In this document: positions 17,869-27,716 of the stretch, piece after piece
How positions within the stretch are numbered: position 1 is the first letter of the stretch
How the letters are laid out: every line of letters starts with the position of its first letter
Assembly (NCBI GenBank): GCA_963664395.2
Contig: OY761159.2
Location: forward strand, 800,001-864,000
Source: Candidatus Binatia bacterium
GTDB lineage: Bacteria > Desulfobacterota > Binatia > Bin18
DNA: 64,000 nucleotides
Reading direction: 5' to 3'
Program-made: the position numbers and the translations under genes
The notes under the pieces: generated by a model
The model's database searches: none
The model's input: the letters and a program-made list of their open reading frames with translations, nothing else
What the model was told of the DNA's origin: nothing

Positions 17869-20490
17869 CTACTCTTTGTCCTCTCCCCCCTCAGCCACCC
17901 GCTGTAATTCGGCCACCAACAGCAGCGCATCAATTGGGGTTGTCCGCAGTGGGTCAACCTGGGCCAGACGATCTAATACGGCCTGGCCGAGTTGCGGCCG
18001 GGGCCGTCGTATGTGTTCCGATATCTGTTGCTGGCCACTGGAAGGGGGCTGCTGCGCTTCAAGCCCGGCGACTGCTTCAAACTCAGCTACCAGGGTCTTG
18101 GCCCGCTCAACAACATTGGGCGGCAGACCTGCGAGCTTTGCCACATAGAGGCCATAGCTCTTTTGGGCTGCTCCGGGCACGACCTTGTACAGAAAGGTGA
18201 CCTCGTCCTGCTTCTCACGCACGTCAAGCCGCGCGTTGGCCACTCCGGGCAAAGCGTCTGCAATCGGCGCCAGCTCATGATAATGGGTTGTGAACAGGGT
18301 CTTGGCTTGGAGGCGCGTGGCGAGTTCTTCCGCCACAGCCTGTGCAATGGCACGGCCATCCGTTGTCCCGGTCCCCCGGCCGACTTCATCAAGAATCACC
18401 AGACTCCGCTCGGTTGCATGTTTGAGGATATTCGCGGTCTCCATCATTTCGACCATAAAGGTGGATAACCCCTGGGCCAGAAAATCCGCCGCCCCGACAC
18501 GGGTAAAGATGCGGTCCACGACCCCAATGGTGGCAGCCTGAGCGGGAATGAAGCTGCCCATCTGGGCCAACAGGACAAGCAGGGCGGCCTGGCGCGCATA
18601 GGTACTTTTTCCGGCGGCATTCGGGCCAGTCAGGATCAGGACGTGCCGGCTTGCATCTAATCGCAGATCATTCGGCACGAATTGCGCGTCGCGCATGTCA
18701 AGGACCGGGTGGCGGCCCTCTTCTATGATCAGCGCGTACTCGTCGTTGACGGCAGGGCGAATCCAGCCGTTCTTCGCGGCCAGCTCCGCCAGGGAAACCA
18801 GCGCGTCGATTGTGCCCATAATGGTCGCTGTGAGCCGGAGCCGCTCAGCCTGGGCGGCCACGTGCTGTCTGAGTTGAGCGAAGAGTTCATACTCTAATTG
18901 ATTGCCACGGTCTGTCGCGGACAACACCTTGGATTCAAAGGCGCGCAGTTCATCCGTGACAAAGCGTTCGGCATTGACTAAGGTTTGGCGGCGGATGTAG
19001 TTTTCGGGAACACGACTGAGCACAGCCTTGGTCACTTCCACGTAATACCCAAAAACTTTATTAAAACCGACCTTGAGGTTGGGAATCTGAGAGCGTGCCC
19101 GCTCTCGTTGTTCATACTCGGCCAGCCAGTCTGTTCCATCGGCCTGAATTGCCCGCAGTTCATCCAGCTCGGCGGAGACGCCGGCCCGAATAAGCCCGCC
19201 CTCTTTGGCAATTGGTTTTGGCTCGTCGACAAGGGTGTGAGTAATCTCAGCGGTCACATCATCCAGCAGGTCGATTTCTTCACAGTACGTCGTCAGCAGA
19301 CGGCTCCCGGTCACAGTCAGTGCAGCGTGGAGTTCCGGTACGCGCACCAGGGCGGATTTCAGCCCTGCCAGGTCTCGCGGGTTGGCAATCGCAGACGTAA
19401 TCCGCGAGGTCAGACGTTCGAGGTCCGGGAGGCCGGAGAGTACACGCCGTAGCTCTGCCCGCACGCCATGCCGGCGGCTCAGTTCGGCAATCGCATCCTG
19501 GCGGGTGTGAATTTCATTGACCGCGCGCAAAGGATGCAGGACCCAGCGCCGCAAGCGCCGCTTGCCCATACGGGTTGTGGTGTGATCCAGCACGGCCAGT
19601 ACGGTTCCATTGGGAGTGCCCTCGAACACATTCTCCACCAGTTCGAGGTTGCGCTGCGTCTGCGGGTCGAGCACGACAAAGGCATCGTGCCGGTACGGCT
19701 CGGGCGCACGTATATGGGGCAGAAACGCGCGCTGCGTTTCCCGCGCATAGGCAAATAACGCTCCGGCCGCGCACAGGGCATGCCGATGGGAGAAAACGAG
19801 ATCGTCAATGCGCTTGCGACTGAATTGCTTGCTGAGTACGGTACGCGCCTGCTCAAAACGAAAAGACGCGGCCGGACGTTCGGTGCGACAGACGTTACGA
19901 CTCCAGCCGTTGTCAGAAGACTCGCCGGCCACACAGACCAATTCTTGCGGTTGGAGCTTCTCCAGCAGGCTGGGCAAATCAGAGACATTCGTTTCGGCAA
20001 CCAGAAACTCAGCCGTCGCCAGGTCCAGACTGGCGACGCCGACGGCATCTTTCTCGGACAACAGGGCAACCAGTGTGCGTTCCTGGCTCTCGGATTCAAA
20101 CAACGTCCCCGGCGTGACAATGCGAACAACATCGCGCGGAATAATACCCTTTCCCTTTTGGGACTCCTCGAGCTGTTCACACACCGCAACCTTATAGCCT
20201 TTCTCGACCAGCCTGGTGAGATACGGCTCCAGGCGATAATGCGGCACCCCGCACATGGGGACCTTTTCGCTCCCTTTCCCATGCGGGCGGGCGGTCAGGA
20301 CAATGTCCAATTCACGTGCCGCCACTGCCGCGTCGTCAAAAAACATCTCGTAGAAGTCACCGAAACGGTAGAACAGGAGTTCATCTTTGTACTGTTCCTT
20401 GACCTGCCAATACTGCTCCATCATGTCGGTTTCTCGTGCTGCCGCTCGTGGGGTAGATGGAGAAGGGTGAGAGGTATTCTTTTTTGCCAT
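17869..20490 (-). CDS. mutS: DNA mismatch repair protein MutS
   Basis: GDFYEMF, TGPNAAGKST, STFMVEM, DEVGRGT, THYHEL. Confidence 0.96.
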   Translation of the reverse strand: MAKKNTSHPSPSTPRAAARETDMMEQYWQVKEQYKDELLFYRFGDFYEMFFDDAAVAARELDIVLTARPHGKGSEKVPMCGVPHYRLEPYLTRLVEKGYKVAVCEQLEESQKGKGIIPRDVVRIVTPGTLFESESQERTLVALLSEKDAVGVASLDLATAEFLVAETNVSDLPSLLEKLQPQELVCVAGESSDNGWSRNVCRTERPAASFRFEQARTVLSKQFSRKRIDDLVFSHRHALCAAGALFAYARETQRAFLPHIRAPEPYRHDAFVVLDPQTQRNLELVENVFEGTPNGTVLAVLDHTTTRMGKRRLRRWVLHPLRAVNEIHTRQDAIAELSRRHGVRAELRRVLSGLPDLERLTSRITSAIANPRDLAGLKSALVRVPELHAALTVTGSRLLTTYCEEIDLLDDVTAEITHTLVDEPKPIAKEGGLIRAGVSAELDELRAIQADGTDWLAEYEQRERARSQIPNLKVGFNKVFGYYVEVTKAVLSRVPENYIRRQTLVNAERFVTDELRAFESKVLSATDRGNQLEYELFAQLRQHVAAQAERLRLTATIMGTIDALVSLAELAAKNGWIRPAVNDEYALIIEEGRHPVLDMRDAQFVPNDLRLDASRHVLILTGPNAAGKSTYARQAALLVLLAQMGSFIPAQAATIGVVDRIFTRVGAADFLAQGLSTFMVEMMETANILKHATERSLVILDEVGRGTGTTDGRAIAQAVAEELATRLQAKTLFTTHYHELAPIADALPGVANARLDVREKQDEVTFLYKVVPGAAQKSYGLYVAKLAGLPPNVVERAKTLVAEFEAVAGLEAQQPPSSGQQQISEHIRRPRPQLGQAVLDRLAQVDPLRTTPIDALLLVAELQRVAEGGEDKE

Positions 20491-20803
20491 TGTGTCCGCC
20501 GGTTCCTCCTTCGAAAGCAGGCCCTCGACTCTACCACAGGTTTCTGCACCCGTCGTCTGCACGTCGTTGCTCCCCCGACCTTCCCGAGCGTCAGGTAAAG
20601 TGTGGAGTGGATGAACATTCAGCTTCTGTATGAAACAAAAAACCGGATTGTTTTGGAAAAACAACGCTTTCCGTCACCTATGTGACACCCGTCATCTTGT
20701 ACATCCTTGTCACGCCTCCTATCGTGACCGCTGGAATCGATACTCACCTACACTTCTCTTTCCCCACCCTGTCGGGACCAGCTCATAGAAGGAGGGCGTT
20801 CGC

Positions 20804-21205
20804 ATGGACAAAACTGAAGGGACACAGAATTTTGATCCGCTCCGGACCTGGCGCGAATGGTACCAAAAGTCGGAGAAGCAATGGAGCGACGCGTTGTCGG
20901 GTATCCTGGGCAATGATCAGTTTGCCCAAACCACGGGCAAGTATGTCCAAGAAGCCATGCACCTGCATCGCATGTTCACCGAATCCATGGCCCAATACTT
21001 GGCCGCCCTCAACCTCCCATCCCGCACAGATATCACCGCGTTGAGCGACCGGGTCGGCGAACTCGAAGATACCGTGGCCGGACTCCAAGTTGAGGTCCGG
21101 CATGTACGCCGCTCGCTAGCGGAGCACGATGGCGCGGTTCAAGCTGACGGCGCGCCCGTCCGTCCGAAACGCACCAAGCAGCCCCACACGTGCGAAACCA
21201 ACTAG
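20804..21205 (+). CDS. PHA synthase small subunit (PhaR/PhaE-like)
   Basis: FDPLRTWREWY..., LNLPSRTDITALSDRVGELE coiled coil; directly upstream of phaC. Confidence 0.7.
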   Translation: MDKTEGTQNFDPLRTWREWYQKSEKQWSDALSGILGNDQFAQTTGKYVQEAMHLHRMFTESMAQYLAALNLPSRTDITALSDRVGELEDTVAGLQVEVRHVRRSLAEHDGAVQADGAPVRPKRTKQPHTCETN

Positions 21206-21222
21206 GCAAAAGGACTCAGCCC

Positions 21223-22305
21223 ATGCAACAGGCACAGCAGCTGTCACGCGAAGAGGTTGCAGCAAAGGCGCGGGAAACGGTTGCCCGCGCCATTCAGCGT
21301 AATATCCCCGACCTGCCGTCTCCGGTCGAACTCGACCGTGAGGTCGGCCCTACCCCAAAGGACGTCGTGCACTCAAGGGGCACGATGAAGCTGTATCGCT
21401 ATCGTCCCCTCAGCGATGAGGTGTACCGCGTGCCGGTATTGGTCGTCATGTCCCTGGTCAGCCGGTCGTATATTCTCGATTTGGCCAAGGGCCAGAGCTT
21501 TATCGAATATCTGCTCCTGCAGGGCTTTGACGTCTATCAGATCGACTGGGGTGTGCCGCGGCGTGAACATAAAAATCTCAAGCTGGACGATTATGTGGCC
21601 ACTTCCATCCCTGAGTGTGTCGATGTCGTACGCGAGGATTCAGGTGAGCCCGATGTCTCCATGATTGGCTATTGCTTGGGTGGATTTCTTGCGGTGCTAT
21701 ACGCGGCCCTCTACCCTGACGGTCCACTCAAAAATCTGGTCTGCTTTACCACGCCCATTAATTCAGACGGTATGCCACTCTACCGCACGTGGACCGACCC
21801 GGCCCACTTTGATATCGACCAGATGATCGATAGTCTGGGCAATATCCCCTCCGAACTCATGGATGCCTCGATTCAGATGCTGCGTCCGTTTCAGAAAAGC
21901 GCCGGGCAGATGAAGCTGCTCAACAACGTTGAGAATGAAGCCTTTGTCACTGCCCATTTGCGTTTCGACCGCTGGGCGGCGGATCATATTCCGTTTCCTG
22001 GAGAGACTGCTCGTCAGTTGGTCAACGACTTCATGCGTGGGAATAAAATTGTCCGCAAGGAGCTCGAACTTGATGGCCGCACGGTTGATTTGGCTCAAGT
22101 CAAAATCCCGTTCCTTCATGTTACAGCCCAATTTGACCATATTGTTCCTGCGGCTGCCTCACAGGATCTCGTGAAGTTAGTCGGCAGTGAAGATAAGTCC
22201 GAAATTATTATCAAAGGTGGCCATGTGAGCCTCGTCGCAGGCGGGAATGCGGTCTATCGCTTGTGGCCAAAGCTGGATACCTGGCTGTCGGAGCGTTCAG
22301 TCTGA
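21223..22305 (+). CDS. phaC: Poly(3-hydroxyalkanoate) synthase catalytic subunit, class III/IV size
   Basis: TPKDVV, YILDL, IDWG, lipase box GYCLGG, DHIVP, GGH. Confidence 0.85.
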   Translation: MQQAQQLSREEVAAKARETVARAIQRNIPDLPSPVELDREVGPTPKDVVHSRGTMKLYRYRPLSDEVYRVPVLVVMSLVSRSYILDLAKGQSFIEYLLLQGFDVYQIDWGVPRREHKNLKLDDYVATSIPECVDVVREDSGEPDVSMIGYCLGGFLAVLYAALYPDGPLKNLVCFTTPINSDGMPLYRTWTDPAHFDIDQMIDSLGNIPSELMDASIQMLRPFQKSAGQMKLLNNVENEAFVTAHLRFDRWAADHIPFPGETARQLVNDFMRGNKIVRKELELDGRTVDLAQVKIPFLHVTAQFDHIVPAAASQDLVKLVGSEDKSEIIIKGGHVSLVAGGNAVYRLWPKLDTWLSERSV

Positions 22306-22344
22306 AATCCGGATACACCCCAAAGCCGCACAGAGGAGGAGAGC

Positions 22345-22917
22345 GTGGAAGGTTTTCCCAAAACGGTTACCGTCAGAGATACATCTCTCACCCTGCGTAT
22401 GATGGGCGCGGACGATGGTCCGCTGATGCTCGATTTTGCCCAACAGCTTCCCTACCACGATCTCATGTTTTTACGCCGGGACATCACCAAACAATCATCC
22501 GTAGACCGCTGGCTCAATGATATCGCAAGCGAAAAAATGTATACCCTGCTCGCAGAGAGCGAGACCCAACTCCTGGGCTATGCCACCCTGTATCGGAATG
22601 ACTTTGACTGGTCGCGCCATGTGGCTGAAATCCGTGTGCTGATTTCCCCAAACGCGCGAAAGATGGGGCTGGGCCGACTGCTGACCCGAGAAGCCTTCAA
22701 CGTTGCTCTCTCTTCGGGTATTCAAAAAGTCGCTGCCCGTATGACACTGGATCAAACCGGAGCGCGTACCGTGTTTGAAGAGCTGGGCTTCCGCGCTGAG
22801 GCGATTCTACGCGACGAGGTCAAGGACCGGGCCGGCAAGACGCACGATATTCTGCTCATGGCCAATGATGTTGCTGAATTCCTGGCCCGTGGCGAGGCAT
22901 ACGGATTGCCTCGATAA
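22345..22917 (+). CDS. GNAT family N-acetyltransferase
   Basis: ARKMGLGRLL acetyl-CoA motif, FEELGF. Confidence 0.85.
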   Translation: MEGFPKTVTVRDTSLTLRMMGADDGPLMLDFAQQLPYHDLMFLRRDITKQSSVDRWLNDIASEKMYTLLAESETQLLGYATLYRNDFDWSRHVAEIRVLISPNARKMGLGRLLTREAFNVALSSGIQKVAARMTLDQTGARTVFEELGFRAEAILRDEVKDRAGKTHDILLMANDVAEFLARGEAYGLPR

Positions 22918-23065
22918 GGCCCGAGCCAGTTCTCAAAGAACTCCATACTCCTGACCCAGCACAATTCCGATGCACTGTTTTTTATTATCAAAACCGACTG
23001 TACAAGAGTAGCCAGATCGCTATACTGCTGGGGAGTAATACCGAGTGACAGGGAAGGAGGACAGC

Positions 23066-23899
23066 GTGAAATCAGCATCACACGTAGACGCCCCAATGAA
23101 TTATCTGGATATCGACAGCATGCAGGAAAAGCCGGCCTATTACCTCTATACCCCGCCTACCGGTGTCCCCCAGCGCACTACCAAACAGATTAAACACACC
23201 GTGGCGATTCAGAATGCCCGCGAGCATATTGACGAGATTTCTCTCGATAAGCAGGGTATTACCTTTACCCAGCATGAAACCGCGGTAAAAAACTTCTACG
23301 ACGCTGAAGAAGTCAAGGCTGTCTATTACCCGGAAGTTGTCGAGCTGGTTCAAAAGATCACCGGCGCTGAGAAGGTCCACGTCTTTGATCACAACGTACG
23401 GTGCGCTCCCATGTGTGAACGTGGCGAGAATGGTGCCCGCGAGCCGGTCAAGTTCGCCCACAACGACTACACTATCAAGTCCGGCCCGCAGCGTGTGCGC
23501 GACCTGTTGCCGGAAGAAGAGGCCGAAGAGCGCCTCAAACATCGCTTCGCCGTTATCAACGTATGGCGACCCATCCAAGGTCCGGTGCAAGACACACCGC
23601 TGGCCGTATGTGATGCCGACAGCATGACGCAAGACGACTTTAATGAAACCGATCTGAAATACGAAGATCGGACCGGCGAGGTCTATTCGGTCTCTCACAA
23701 CCCGAACCACCGTTGGTTGTATTTTCCGAATATGGAGCGCGAAGAGGCCGTGCTGCTCAAGTGCTACGACTCGGCCACTGATGGCCGGGCGCGTTTCACC
23801 GCACATTCGGCGTTTGCAGACCCAACGTCTCCACCGGACGCTCCGGCTCGGGAGAGTATTGAGACGCGGACCCTGGTTTTCTTTCCACCTGAAGCCTAG
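23066..23899 (+). CDS. CmcJ/NvfI/AsaB-like oxidoreductase
   Basis: VFDHNVR, AHNDYT, INVWRPI, PLAVCDA, HSAF, RESIETR; GGAGG RBS before GTG. Confidence 0.82.
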   Translation: MKSASHVDAPMNYLDIDSMQEKPAYYLYTPPTGVPQRTTKQIKHTVAIQNAREHIDEISLDKQGITFTQHETAVKNFYDAEEVKAVYYPEVVELVQKITGAEKVHVFDHNVRCAPMCERGENGAREPVKFAHNDYTIKSGPQRVRDLLPEEEAEERLKHRFAVINVWRPIQGPVQDTPLAVCDADSMTQDDFNETDLKYEDRTGEVYSVSHNPNHRWLYFPNMEREEAVLLKCYDSATDGRARFTAHSAFADPTSPPDAPARESIETRTLVFFPPEA

Positions 23900-24016
23900 A
23901 AATCAGTTGACGAACAAAACAAGGGGATCTTCGGCCCCCCTCACTTTTTCAGCCTCCTCTTCTCAAGCTTCTCCACCGCCAGACACGACAAACCATTTTA
24001 CAGCAAGGAGGACTCT

Positions 24017-25219
24017 ATGGAATTTGGTGTTTTCTACCTTCCCGCGATTGGGAACAAGAGTGAACTGCAAGCAGGCATGGCTGGTCGGCGGACAGACCTG
24101 TACCAACGCATGCTGCGGAATCTGTCCGAACAGGCGCAGTATCTCGATGCGCACGGCTATTATGGCATTGGCTTCACCGAACACCACTTCCATATTGAAG
24201 GCGAAGAAGTTTCGACCAATCCCATCATGCTCGACATGTATCTCGGCATGCAGACCGAGAACATCCGTCTGGGACAACTCGGCCTAGTCCTCCCCTGCCA
24301 AAACCCTATTCGCGTGGCAGAAGACACCGCCATTCTCGACCAAGTGACAAAAGGCCGCGCCTTTGTCGGCTTCGCCCGTGGCTATCAGCCGCGCTGGGTC
24401 AATACCCTGGGTCAGCACTACGATATCCTGGCTGACAACAATACCGATCCGGAACGGTACGAAGAGCTCAAAAAGGAACTCTACCAAGAACATTTTGAGA
24501 TTATTATGAAGGCCTGGACCAACCCGACCTTCAGCCATTCGGGCAAGCACTGGCAGATTCCACCCAAGGATGTCTTCTGGCCGGCTCACAATGTAACCCG
24601 CGAATTTGGCCAAGGCGTAGATGACAAAGGTATTCTGACCGAGATTGGCACCGTGCCCGAACCGTATCAGAAACCGCACCCGCCCCTCTTTCAGCCTTTT
24701 AGCTTTTCAGAGTCCTCGGTTCGCTGGGCGGCCCAGCACAACGTCACTCCACTGACTATCGTCTGTGACCCGGATATCTGCGCGGGCCAGTTCCGAGCCT
24801 GTCAGGCGGGTGCGGCTGAAGTCGGCAAGAATTTAGACTTCGGTCAAGGCGTCGGCCTGGTACGTGAGGTCATCGTGGCGGACACGGACGAAGAAGCTAT
24901 AGCGCTTGGCAGAGAGAGCGGCTGTTTTATCTGGACCAAGTTCTTTGAGCCGTTCGGCTTTAACGCCGCCCTCATGCGGATCGACGAGGATTACCATACG
25001 ATCCCGAATACGTTCGAGTCCATGGTTGAGCGCGGTCTCACTATTTGTGGCAGCCCGGATACCGTGAACCGCACATTTGAGGCGCTCTTCAAAAAGTTAC
25101 CGGCCGAGTACTTCTGGCTCTACACCTATAATGAGCTCGTGCCGCACAAGAACGTCATGCGCAGCTTCGAGCTGCTGACCGACAAGGTCCTGCCGAATTT
25201 TACGGATAAAATTCAGTAG
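24017..25219 (+). CDS. LLM-class flavin-dependent oxidoreductase
   Basis: FTEHHF, PIRVAED.AILD, GFARGYQ, PYQKPHPP. Confidence 0.9.
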   Translation: MEFGVFYLPAIGNKSELQAGMAGRRTDLYQRMLRNLSEQAQYLDAHGYYGIGFTEHHFHIEGEEVSTNPIMLDMYLGMQTENIRLGQLGLVLPCQNPIRVAEDTAILDQVTKGRAFVGFARGYQPRWVNTLGQHYDILADNNTDPERYEELKKELYQEHFEIIMKAWTNPTFSHSGKHWQIPPKDVFWPAHNVTREFGQGVDDKGILTEIGTVPEPYQKPHPPLFQPFSFSESSVRWAAQHNVTPLTIVCDPDICAGQFRACQAGAAEVGKNLDFGQGVGLVREVIVADTDEEAIALGRESGCFIWTKFFEPFGFNAALMRIDEDYHTIPNTFESMVERGLTICGSPDTVNRTFEALFKKLPAEYFWLYTYNELVPHKNVMRSFELLTDKVLPNFTDKIQ

Positions 25220-25341
25220 GCAACGCCTGCCCCCTCCTTTGGAGGGGACAGCATATCGGATACCTCCCTACCCCCTCCACGCCTCCATCCCATTGACTGT
25301 ACCGTTCCGCGCCAGTAGTAAGGTTGCGGCGAGGAACAGTG

Positions 25342-25971
25342 ATGGCGCGCATCAATTGTCGGCATTCGTTACACCAGACTTCACACAAAAGGGACTTCCG
25401 GGGCCTCACTCGTCGAGCCCTGCTGACCTGCCTGTTTGGTCTGGGTCTGGGCTTGCCGATTTTTGATCGAGGGACGAACGCGGCGAGAAAAAAAGACCCG
25501 CGCCGTTCGCGGCTAACGCCCGGAGATCAACTGGTGTTTGCCTTTGGTGAGCGGGCCGGGCAGGCAATCACCCCACAAGACATCTCATTCGGCGAGCGCC
25601 CGGAGTTCGCCTATCCCAAGGACCCGGCAACCGACACCGTGCGCAGCCGGTTTCGGCTCAATCAGGTTCTCTTGATCCGGTTGAAGCCAGAAGAGCTGAG
25701 TGAAAAGACGCGCGAGCGCTCGCTGGATGGACTCGTGTGCTATTCGGCAGTGTGTACCCACACGGGTTGTGATGTGTCCGAATGGATCGGACCAACGCAG
25801 CAACTTGTCTGTCCGTGTCATGCCTCGTTCTTTGACCCGAAAAACCAGGGCCGCGTGGTCGGAGGCCCGGCCCCACGGCCATTGGCGACCCTTCCCCTGG
25901 AAGTGAGAGACGGGCTCCTGACTGTCAAAGGACCGTTTATCGGCAAAGTTGGCTTTAAGAAAAAGAAATAA
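25342..25971 (+). CDS. Rieske [2Fe-2S] protein with Tat-like signal
   Basis: CTHTGC and CPCHAS boxes, GPAPRPL, N-terminal TRRALL plus hydrophobic segment. Confidence 0.9.
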   Translation: MARINCRHSLHQTSHKRDFRGLTRRALLTCLFGLGLGLPIFDRGTNAARKKDPRRSRLTPGDQLVFAFGERAGQAITPQDISFGERPEFAYPKDPATDTVRSRFRLNQVLLIRLKPEELSEKTRERSLDGLVCYSAVCTHTGCDVSEWIGPTQQLVCPCHASFFDPKNQGRVVGGPAPRPLATLPLEVRDGLLTVKGPFIGKVGFKKKK

Positions 25972-25973
25972 GG

Positions 25974-27713
25974 ATGCGTCAGATGCGATACAGCACGTTT
26001 AGCTTCCTCACGAGTCTCCTCGTCAGTCTCTTCGGGTTTGCGCCCGTTCTAGTGGGTGCAGAGCAGCAGGACTATGCACCCGTGACCGCACAACGACTGC
26101 TACATCCCGAGCCTGAAAACTGGCTCATGTATCGCGGGACGTATAATAGCTGGGGCTATAGTCCCCTGGATCAGATTACTCCGGCCAATGTCGGCAAGCT
26201 CGTTCCGGTCTGGACCTTTTCGACCGGCGTGACGGAAGGCCACCAAGCCCCACCGATTGTGAACAACGGCGTCATGTTCGTCACCTCCCCCGAAAACCAG
26301 GTCTTTGCCTTTAATGCCAAGACGGGCGACCTGTTGTGGCGCTATGAGCGGGAGTTACCCGAAGACCTGTTCCAGTTACATCCGACCAATCGTGGCGTCG
26401 CCCTGTACGGTGACAAAGTCTATTTCGGGACGGTCGATACCTATGTGGTCGCCCTGGATGCGAAAACGGGCGCAGTGGTGTGGGAGGAAGAGCTTGAGGA
26501 CTATTTGTCCGGCTATTATATGACCCTGGCTCCCTTGGCGGTGAATGGCAAAATCATTGTCGGCATGTCGGGTGGAGAGTTTGGTATCCGTGGTTTTATC
26601 CAGGCCCTGGATGCCGAGAGCGGAAAATCCATCTGGAAAACCCATACCATTCCCGGTCCGGGAGAGCCCGGCCACGACAGTTGGGCGGGCGAGAGCTGGA
26701 AGACCGGCGGGGTGTCGATTTGGGTGACCGGTAGTTACGACCCAGACCTCAACCTCACCTTCTGGGGCACCGGGAATGCCGGCCCGTTTATGGGTGAGGC
26801 TCGACCGGGGAATAATCTCTACTCGACTTCGGTCATCGCCCTGGACGCAGACAGCGGGGAGCTGAAAGCTCACCATCAATACCACTGGAACGGTTCATGG
26901 GACTGGGATGAAGTATCCGCGCCACTGTTGATTGATGTCAAAAAGGGCGACCGGACCTTTAAGGGCTTAGTGCATCCTGCGCGTAACGGTTATCTGTGGA
27001 CGCTGGAGCGCAGTGCGGACACGATCACTTTTGTTGAAGCCCAGCCTTTTGTCCGCCAGAATGTCTTCAAAAGTGTTGATCCTAAAACGGGCCGGCCTGC
27101 ATACGACGCCACGAAAATTCCCGGTATCGGCCGTCGTGCTGAGTACTGCCCTTCCTCGTGGGGCGGCAAGGACTGGCCGCCGGCAGCGTATAATCCACAG
27201 ACCGGCCTACTCTATGTCCCAGCCAACGAGAACCTGTGCGGTGCACTGACCGGCCGAAAAGAGACCTATCGACCCGGCCAGCTCTACATGGGCGTCGCGT
27301 TTCCGGACGATTTTGAACTGCTGCCCCAGCCGGAGGCCAAAGACCATATTGGCGAGCTCCAGGCCTGGGATTTGAATGCGGGCAAGAAAGTCTGGACTTC
27401 AACGTTCAAGAGCCACAATTGGGGGCCGGTGCTCACCACCGGCGGCGGTCTTGTTTTTATGGGTGGTACTAATGATCGCTACTTTCGCGCCTTCGATGCC
27501 AAGACCGGCAAGGTCTTGTGGAAACAACGGACAAATTCCGGGGTGACAGGCGTCCCCACGACGTATCAAGTTGATGGAGTTCAGTACGTTGCCGTGCTGT
27601 CAGGCTGGGGTGTAGATGCAGAACGTAAACAAGAGATGCTGAATACCTTCTATGGGACAAAGACGCATGTCCCACAGGGTGGAGTGCTGTGGGTGTTCGC
27701 GGTTCGGGAGTAG
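25974..27713 (+). CDS. PQQ-dependent dehydrogenase, methanol/ethanol family
   Basis: Signal peptide, YSPLDQI, W-docking repeats, SGGE, WGTGN, WDWDE. Confidence 0.92.
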   Translation: MRQMRYSTFSFLTSLLVSLFGFAPVLVGAEQQDYAPVTAQRLLHPEPENWLMYRGTYNSWGYSPLDQITPANVGKLVPVWTFSTGVTEGHQAPPIVNNGVMFVTSPENQVFAFNAKTGDLLWRYERELPEDLFQLHPTNRGVALYGDKVYFGTVDTYVVALDAKTGAVVWEEELEDYLSGYYMTLAPLAVNGKIIVGMSGGEFGIRGFIQALDAESGKSIWKTHTIPGPGEPGHDSWAGESWKTGGVSIWVTGSYDPDLNLTFWGTGNAGPFMGEARPGNNLYSTSVIALDADSGELKAHHQYHWNGSWDWDEVSAPLLIDVKKGDRTFKGLVHPARNGYLWTLERSADTITFVEAQPFVRQNVFKSVDPKTGRPAYDATKIPGIGRRAEYCPSSWGGKDWPPAAYNPQTGLLYVPANENLCGALTGRKETYRPGQLYMGVAFPDDFELLPQPEAKDHIGELQAWDLNAGKKVWTSTFKSHNWGPVLTTGGGLVFMGGTNDRYFRAFDAKTGKVLWKQRTNSGVTGVPTTYQVDGVQYVAVLSGWGVDAERKQEMLNTFYGTKTHVPQGGVLWVFAVRE

Positions 27714-27716
27714 CTC

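Noticed and set aside
17801-17957. N-terminal extensions in the ORF track (mutL, mutS, DUF1302, DUF4340, YkgJ, SnoaL, serine hydrolase)
   Set aside because: They overlap neighbouring genes or lack an RBS; family similarity starts at downstream start codons
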